This document shows positions 58,534-64,000 of a DNA stretch of 64,000 nucleotides, piece by piece (position 1 is the stretch's first letter; every line of letters starts with the position of its first letter). Below the pieces are notes generated by a model. That model searched no databases and was not told the origin of the DNA. It worked only from the letters and a program-made list of their open reading frames with translations. The position numbers and the translations under genes are program-made. Source of the stretch: an uncultured Fidelibacterota bacterium (GTDB lineage Bacteria; Fidelibacterota; Marinisomatia; Marinisomatales; UBA1611); assembly GCA_902562835.1 (NCBI GenBank), contig CACEUX010000008.1, positions 3,726 to 67,725 of the forward strand, read 5' to 3'.

Positions 58534-59109
58534 ATGGCTGAAAAAAGAAATATTATCTTGTTTGGATCAATGATCCTATTGACGATATCTTACTGGTTGA
58601 CCGCGTCGATTCTTATTGGTGATAAACCATTTGAGATAAGGGTTCTTGAGGAAGAACAGCAAGAGCTCAATGAAAACCTTATAAGCGCTCAGATTCTGGC
58701 CAGTCAGTTGGACAGGGTATTTACACTATTTCAGGAAAATCTAGCGCTGTCAAAAGCAGACTCTCTCGCTGATGATGCAAGTTTACCATTTTTAAATAAT
58801 TTAACTGATGTCCTCGAAGAGTTAGATATAAAATTATTAGGAATCAAGCCCAAGCCCCGTATTGATAAAATAACTTATTTCAAGGCACCGTATATTGTCA
58901 CTCTTGAGTGTTCATACGATCAGTTCGGGAAATTCCTTTCAGAGTTAGAGCGCTCACCAAGGTTAATTACCATTGATGAGTTTGAGGTCAAAAATGGAAT
59001 TGAAAGGATCAAGGCAAATACCGATGAAGAAAAACTAATATACCAGGAGTTTGTAGTAAACCTTTCTACGATCACACTGGTAAAATCAAAGAGTAAGGTT
59101 TTATCATGA
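58534..59109 (+). CDS. pilO: PilO-like pilus assembly protein
   Basis: 191 aa with an N-terminal TM segment, a coiled-coil and a C-terminal FLSELERSPRLITIDEFEV block typical of PilO. The call also rests on gene order. Confidence 0.6.
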   Translation: MAEKRNIILFGSMILLTISYWLTASILIGDKPFEIRVLEEEQQELNENLISAQILASQLDRVFTLFQENLALSKADSLADDASLPFLNNLTDVLEELDIKLLGIKPKPRIDKITYFKAPYIVTLECSYDQFGKFLSELERSPRLITIDEFEVKNGIERIKANTDEEKLIYQEFVVNLSTITLVKSKSKVLS

Positions 59110-59606
59110 GTGATAGGTCGGTTACAATTTGGAATCTTATTGTGGGGTTTACCATCTTAAGTCTGGTAGCGACCAGTTTTAAACTTTTTCCAATGAATAA
59201 AAAATATGATCGTTTAAAGCAAGCCGCAGAAAACCTTCAGTTTGGAACTGATAAAGAGCTAGAGAATATTATCTCTTATCTTGAGGAAAGACTTGAAGAC
59301 CGTAGTGAATTTGAGTTTAAGATCAATAATACCCCAATGCTTCTCACGAATGTTCTTTCTCTTGCAGATGGTTCCGGTAGGCGAGTGAAGCGTAATAGAA
59401 ATGCCGTAAGAATTGCTTTTGTGTATCAGAGAGAAGACCATTTCCAGGCACAGATAGATTACCGTGGTAAAGCATTTACCGTTGGGGTGGGGGATACTAT
59501 ACCAAATATTGGTACTGTTGAAGAGATCGATGGTACAAAGGTCATTATCAATACAAGTAGCGGAAGGAAATCATACCCTGCACCAGGTTATGAACCATCA
59601 ACATAA
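59106..59606 (+). CDS. PilP-like pilus assembly protein (tentative)
   Basis: 166 aa with an N-terminal TM segment and a C-terminal beta-rich segment (FTVGVGDTIPNIGTVEEIDGTKVIIN). It lies between the pilO-like gene and the secretin. Confidence 0.45.
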   Translation: MSDRSVTIWNLIVGFTILSLVATSFKLFPMNKKYDRLKQAAENLQFGTDKELENIISYLEERLEDRSEFEFKINNTPMLLTNVLSLADGSGRRVKRNRNAVRIAFVYQREDHFQAQIDYRGKAFTVGVGDTIPNIGTVEEIDGTKVIINTSSGRKSYPAPGYEPST

Positions 59607-59622
59607 GATATCGGAAAAAATT

Positions 59623-61083
59623 ATGAAGGGAAAGCGTAATATGAAATTTATTATCTGTTGTTTCACTATAATCATTCTGATTCTCCCCATTTATGGGCAG
59701 TCAGATACAAATGAATCAAGTGATGATAATACCTTGATCACGATTCATGCAGAGGATGCATTTCTGCCGAGCATTCTTGCCATTCTTGCTAGAGAAAGCG
59801 GCTACAACATCGTCACTGATCCTAATGTGAACAAACAGGACAAGGTTTCCATCCATTTAGATGAGGTTCCTATTGAGCAGGCGATCAATCTGGTGGTTAG
59901 AGCAGTAGGGCTTAGCTATGAGGTTGTTGGAAACTCTTTTCTTATAGCAGATCCTAAAAAATTAAAAGAAGAAGTTGGTATCACTTCATATGTGGTCACT
60001 CTAAAATATGCTGCTGCTGCTGATGTAAAGAATCTTTTGCAGGATATATCAGAGCAGGTCCAAGTTGATATCCCAGGTAATAAGCTTCTGGTCAATGCTT
60101 CTCCAAAGAAAATAGCAGAGATCATCAAGGTGGTTGAGAGTATTGATGTTCCAGCGATACAGATCATGCTTGAAACAAGACTGATCGAGGTTGCGGCAGA
60201 CGTTGAGGAACAGTTAGGTCTGGATTGGTCCAGAATTTCAAGTTACAGTACGATCTTAGCGGAAAATGGGGTCCCGTTACAAGAAGGTGGAGGCTCTGTG
60301 GTGCCTGATGATCAGACCATAGGACAGAAACCTGCTACAATGGGATTTAATAGATTAAGTGACAAAAAAGATGAGACCGCTATCATACCAAGATACTTTA
60401 GTAGGCAACTGACAGCATTTGATCTGACCCTAGATCTGCTCCTTAGAAATAACAAAGCAGAAGTTCTAGCTGATTCAAGGCTAACAACTATTAATGGAAG
60501 AGAGGCTAACATTAAGCTTGTTGATATAGTGCCGTATATTTTGAGTTCTGGAGGAGTAGGTGGTCAGGTGCAGGTTCAGAAAGAGGAAGTTGGCATAAAA
60601 CTTAATATTTTACCAACCGTAAATACCGATGGTTATATAACTGTCAAGGTAGAGCCTGAGGTCTCAACTATATTTGAGTTCATTGGCCCAGATGCTAATA
60701 TACCAAGAGTTAAGAGCAGGACATCATCTACCACTATAAGAGTAAAAGATGGAGAATCCATTGTCATAGGTGGGCTCTTAAGCAATGATAAAAAACAAAC
60801 GACCTACAAGGTACCTATACTGCATAAAATTCCAATAATTGGTAGCAAGTTATTTACATCGAGAGGCGTTATAGAACGTAAAACAGATCTGGTCATTCAA
60901 ATTACTCCAAAGATCATTGAAGATGCATATACTGGAATAGTCAAATCTCAAGAGGTGGCTGAATACGAGAACTATGTCAATAGATCTGTAGCGCCTAAAA
61001 ATGAAGGTACTAGCGTTGGTCAGGATGTTAGTGGAGATGAAGAAATAGATAATCCTGAAACGCAACAAGGTAAAGGAGAGTAG
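59623..61083 (+). CDS. pilQ: Secretin (PilQ/GspD family)
   Basis: Signal peptide MKGKRNMKFIICCFTIIILILPIYG. The C-terminal secretin block is RVKDGESIVIGGLLSNDKKQTTYKVPILHKIPIIGSKLF...DLVIQITPKII. The start is set at ATG 59623 to avoid overlap with the previous gene. Confidence 0.85.
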   Translation: MKGKRNMKFIICCFTIIILILPIYGQSDTNESSDDNTLITIHAEDAFLPSILAILARESGYNIVTDPNVNKQDKVSIHLDEVPIEQAINLVVRAVGLSYEVVGNSFLIADPKKLKEEVGITSYVVTLKYAAAADVKNLLQDISEQVQVDIPGNKLLVNASPKKIAEIIKVVESIDVPAIQIMLETRLIEVAADVEEQLGLDWSRISSYSTILAENGVPLQEGGGSVVPDDQTIGQKPATMGFNRLSDKKDETAIIPRYFSRQLTAFDLTLDLLLRNNKAEVLADSRLTTINGREANIKLVDIVPYILSSGGVGGQVQVQKEEVGIKLNILPTVNTDGYITVKVEPEVSTIFEFIGPDANIPRVKSRTSSTTIRVKDGESIVIGGLLSNDKKQTTYKVPILHKIPIIGSKLFTSRGVIERKTDLVIQITPKIIEDAYTGIVKSQEVAEYENYVNRSVAPKNEGTSVGQDVSGDEEIDNPETQQGKGE

Positions 61084-61084
61084 T

Positions 61085-63340
61085 ATGAATTATTCTAAAA
61101 TTATTAGTTTTCTGTCAATCCTCTTCATCTCTATATTTACTTTATCATGTGATGATCGCCTGCCTGAAGAAGTAGAAACAGCAGTTGAGACAGGTTCACT
61201 ATCCTTGGTCCATGTTTTTGTACATGGCGAGACATCTAACCCCACTGTCGTCGGTGAAGTTTTATCAGATGCTGAGGCAAAAACTTCAGTGATCGTTATA
61301 GCCAGACTCTTGGATGGAGAGGGTGTTGGTGCTAATGATAAATCACTACAATTCTCATCGGATATTGACGGTACGTTTGATACCAGTGACCCATCAACAA
61401 AATATGTGCCTAATTTTAAGGAATTTGGTTTCCCTGAACTTGGTGGAAATGGGTATGCGTTTGCTCGTTTTACGCCAAGTAACGGTGCCGAAAAGATCGA
61501 GACCACTGCATCCTCTGGAGCTATAATAACGGTAAAATATACAAGTGATATCATTGACAATGTAGAATTCTCGGTTTTTAGTCAAAAAGAACAGGTGTGG
61601 CCTTATACCATGAACATTACTGCAGATGCACAGATAGATCTTGGTGGAGATAGTCCCTATGAAGTACTTCTCCAAAATGCACACGGGGACGGCCTAGATG
61701 GAGTCCTGCTTAATATAGAATCAGCTAACGGTAGTATACTTTGCGGCGACACATGTTTAACCGATCAAACAGGCATGATAAACACAACTTTCGAATCTTA
61801 TAGTTTTAGTGAAAATGTAGGACCTGGTCTTGTGAATACCTCTTTCTATCATCCGGCCATAGGAGACACGGTTACGGTTTCAAAACAGATAGTTATTGGT
61901 ACAGAAAGCGCAGTTGGATCTTGTGCCTATATTGAAATACCAGCTTCCAATCCAAGTGAAATAGTTGTAAAAGATGGAGGTGGAATTGAATCCACAGATA
62001 TCAGGGCTGAGGTATATGATAATAATGGTAATCTTCTGACAGCGGCTGTAACAGTTAATTTTAGATTGGAACCTATCTTGCAAGGAACATATTTGAATAG
62101 TCCTGATATGACCTCCGTCAATGTTGAGACGGTCAACGGTGTGGCGACTGTTTCGCTTAACAGTGGTACAGAGCCAGGTCCTGTAAGGATTATTGCAACA
62201 GCAAATACTATAGAGACTTCCATATGCGACACTCTAAACGATGCCCTGGAGAGCATAACGGTACCCGTTATTATTTCATCAGGTGCTCCCTACCATATTG
62301 AAGCAGAGTATGATCCAAACAGTACGGAAGCTATTGGTGGAGGATTTTACCAGACGGAGTGTGCGGCTATTGTTTATGATAGATGGTATAACCCAGTTGA
62401 GGATTCTACCTATGTATATTGGTCAATCAGTCCTCTAGCTCCTGATACACTAATTGATGCGTTTGTAGAAGGAGTTAGTTATACGAATAATGAAGGTATT
62501 TTGAGTGGTCAAGCCACCTCTGGGGTTGCGAGATCAAATATAGTGTATTCTACGGATGCGATTGGAGATATAGGTCAGGTAAGAGCACTTACATTTGGTG
62601 CGAATGGTGATTCTGTAGCATCATTCATTAATGAAGATCAGGGAGATGCTACTTTATTCTTTTTACCTGGGCAGGTCACCATATTAGCAGAAGCTACATA
62701 TTTTGACTTTACACTTGAAGGAACCAGCATTGCTGAACTACAGATCAGTGCGCTGGTAATTGATTTTTATGGCAACCCTGTGGTCGATGCCCCCGTTGCT
62801 TTTGGTGGAACCGGAGTCCTTGGATGGAGTGAATTAGGTTATGAGGCTTATACAGATGAGGGCGTTCTTGGTGCAGGAGTTGGAGACGGGTGCTTCAGTT
62901 GGCGTGATTATGGAGCTGATGATAACCCTGAAACCTTGGACATTGGTACGTTCAATCAAAGACATGATTCTTTTGATACAACAGGGAATGGTATTTACGA
63001 CACATCTGAGGTATCAGAGCCATTTGATGATTTTGGACAGGATGGTATAGAAAACACTTTTGATGAAGGAGAGAATAACGGGTCCTGGGACGGATATTCA
63101 ATGATCAATTGTGAGCCTGTAGTACGAACAGATGAGGACGGTTATGCACGGATCTTGGTTCAATATGATCGTGCATTGTGCACATTAGCCAATATTGATG
63201 ATACACAAAACCCACAAGTTTGCACATGGGATGATTTTACCTCAAGCCTCACCGCAACACTTATGATACCAGAGATTACCACAAGCGATCCAGTAGATAT
63301 TCTTTTGGTCAGGTCTCCGTCGTCTGATGAGTGTCCATAA
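61085..63340 (+). CDS. Large lipoprotein with Ig-like (invasin/Big-like) repeats, embedded in the pilus cluster
   Basis: 751 aa with lipobox IFTLSC-DD. Beta-rich repeats such as ..VTVNFRLEP..VNGVATVSLNSGTEPGPVRIIATA resemble Big_1-type domains. Confidence 0.6.
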   Translation: MNYSKIISFLSILFISIFTLSCDDRLPEEVETAVETGSLSLVHVFVHGETSNPTVVGEVLSDAEAKTSVIVIARLLDGEGVGANDKSLQFSSDIDGTFDTSDPSTKYVPNFKEFGFPELGGNGYAFARFTPSNGAEKIETTASSGAIITVKYTSDIIDNVEFSVFSQKEQVWPYTMNITADAQIDLGGDSPYEVLLQNAHGDGLDGVLLNIESANGSILCGDTCLTDQTGMINTTFESYSFSENVGPGLVNTSFYHPAIGDTVTVSKQIVIGTESAVGSCAYIEIPASNPSEIVVKDGGGIESTDIRAEVYDNNGNLLTAAVTVNFRLEPILQGTYLNSPDMTSVNVETVNGVATVSLNSGTEPGPVRIIATANTIETSICDTLNDALESITVPVIISSGAPYHIEAEYDPNSTEAIGGGFYQTECAAIVYDRWYNPVEDSTYVYWSISPLAPDTLIDAFVEGVSYTNNEGILSGQATSGVARSNIVYSTDAIGDIGQVRALTFGANGDSVASFINEDQGDATLFFLPGQVTILAEATYFDFTLEGTSIAELQISALVIDFYGNPVVDAPVAFGGTGVLGWSELGYEAYTDEGVLGAGVGDGCFSWRDYGADDNPETLDIGTFNQRHDSFDTTGNGIYDTSEVSEPFDDFGQDGIENTFDEGENNGSWDGYSMINCEPVVRTDEDGYARILVQYDRALCTLANIDDTQNPQVCTWDDFTSSLTATLMIPEITTSDPVDILLVRSPSSDECP

Positions 63341-63374
63341 TAGACTAAAAGAATACAGATCAAGGAAGTAGAAA

Positions 63375-64000
63375 ATGAACGCAGATTTTAATCCACAATT
63401 TGCAAAACTTGGTGAGATCCTGGTAAATAATGGTAAAGCAACAGAGAGTGGAATTAATGAAGCTCTAGTACAGCAAAAAACCACCAATGAAAAGATCGGT
63501 ACAACATTGATCGAAATGGGTTTGCTGGAGGAAGATGATTTTGCAACGGCCTATGGTCAGCAATTAGGATATAAAAAGGCAGATAATTTTATTCTTCTTG
63601 AAGCAGATTCTGAAGTGGCTGCGCTTATACCTGAAGATTTCGCTCGTGAGAATAGGGTACTAGGAGTAAGTAGTAATGATACTACTATCGTGGTTGCAAT
63701 GGAAGACCCAGAAGATGTTGTTGCCATTGACTCCATCAAGAGATTAACAAGTCTAAATCCTGATATTTTAGTTGCAGGCCCTAGTTTACTTGAAAATGCT
63801 TTAGATAAAGTTTACGGAGAGATACAAAAAACCGCTGAGGTTGAACAAACCATTGATAGCATCACTGTTGTATCGGGTGATGAGGGCTCACAGGAAGAGG
63901 TTGACCTGTCGCCGGACAAGGCATCTGAGGAGGATGCTCCCATTGTTAAACTGGTCAATCTTATTTTTCAGGAATCGATTAAAGAGCGTGCTACAGATAT
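63375..64000 (+). CDS. pilB: Type IV pilus/T2SS assembly ATPase (PilB/GspE family), 5' partial
   Basis: ATG 63375 opens a frame that runs to the window end. KLGEILVNNGKATESGINEALVQQ...IGTTLIEMGLLEEDDFATAYGQQLG...VVAMEDPEDVVAIDSIKRLT is the T2SSE_N/MshEN-type N-terminal domain, and ..DAPIVKLVNLIFQESIKERATD is typical of this family. Confidence 0.8.
   Translation, partial: MNADFNPQFAKLGEILVNNGKATESGINEALVQQKTTNEKIGTTLIEMGLLEEDDFATAYGQQLGYKKADNFILLEADSEVAALIPEDFARENRVLGVSSNDTTIVVAMEDPEDVVAIDSIKRLTSLNPDILVAGPSLLENALDKVYGEIQKTAEVEQTIDSITVVSGDEGSQEEVDLSPDKASEEDAPIVKLVNLIFQESIKERATD

Noticed and set aside
59464-59622. The N-terminal extension of the secretin ORF (listed start 59464), which overlaps the PilP-like gene by 143 nt.
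   Set aside because: The extension (MVKHLPLGWGILYQ..) has no signal peptide and runs out of frame through the preceding gene. ATG 59623 gives a classical signal peptide directly after the upstream stop.

Overview
The window looks like a low-GC (roughly 35-40% by eye) chromosomal segment. It probably comes from an FCB-superphylum-like, possibly marine, bacterium: several large proteins end in the T9SS sorting motif (NYPNPFNP...), lipoprotein signals are frequent, and most genes are on the + strand. This lineage guess is tentative.

Gene order:
- gltX and glnS (211-3294).
- About 18 kb (4.7-22.4 kb) holding six paralogous secreted thioredoxin-fold genes. Each is split in the ORF track by an in-frame TGA at the first Cys position of the redox motif (UPYC, UPSC, UGYC). 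Each TGA is followed 15-17 nt later by a short conserved hairpin. I read these as selenocysteine (Sec) genes with bacterial SECIS-like elements.
- Interleaved with them are three Cys-type TlpA-like reductases (WCxPC), two large outer-membrane (OM) beta-barrel genes, a beta-propeller/PP2C sensor phosphatase, tRNA-Arg(ACG) and a membrane class III nucleotidyl cyclase. Five of the six Sec proteins end in thrombospondin type-3 (TSP3) repeats plus a dockerin-like module; the sixth has the dockerin-like module only.
- An acidic-repeat protein, a 4306-aa Ig/cadherin-like T9SS adhesin and a coupled TPR-like lipoprotein (22.6-37.1 kb).
- tadA with no canonical start codon, a hydrolase, a Cys-rich small protein, an atypical tRNA-Ser(CGA), a NYN-domain gene, a TerB-like membrane protein and pntAA-pntAB-pntB on the minus strand.
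- Three T9SS cargo genes (beta-helix protein, small protein, HEFGH metalloprotease).
- A type IV pilus-like cluster: pilin, pilT, minor pilins, pilMNOPQ, a lipoprotein and a partial pilB.

All calls rest on reading the sequence and translations by eye. No database search was possible.
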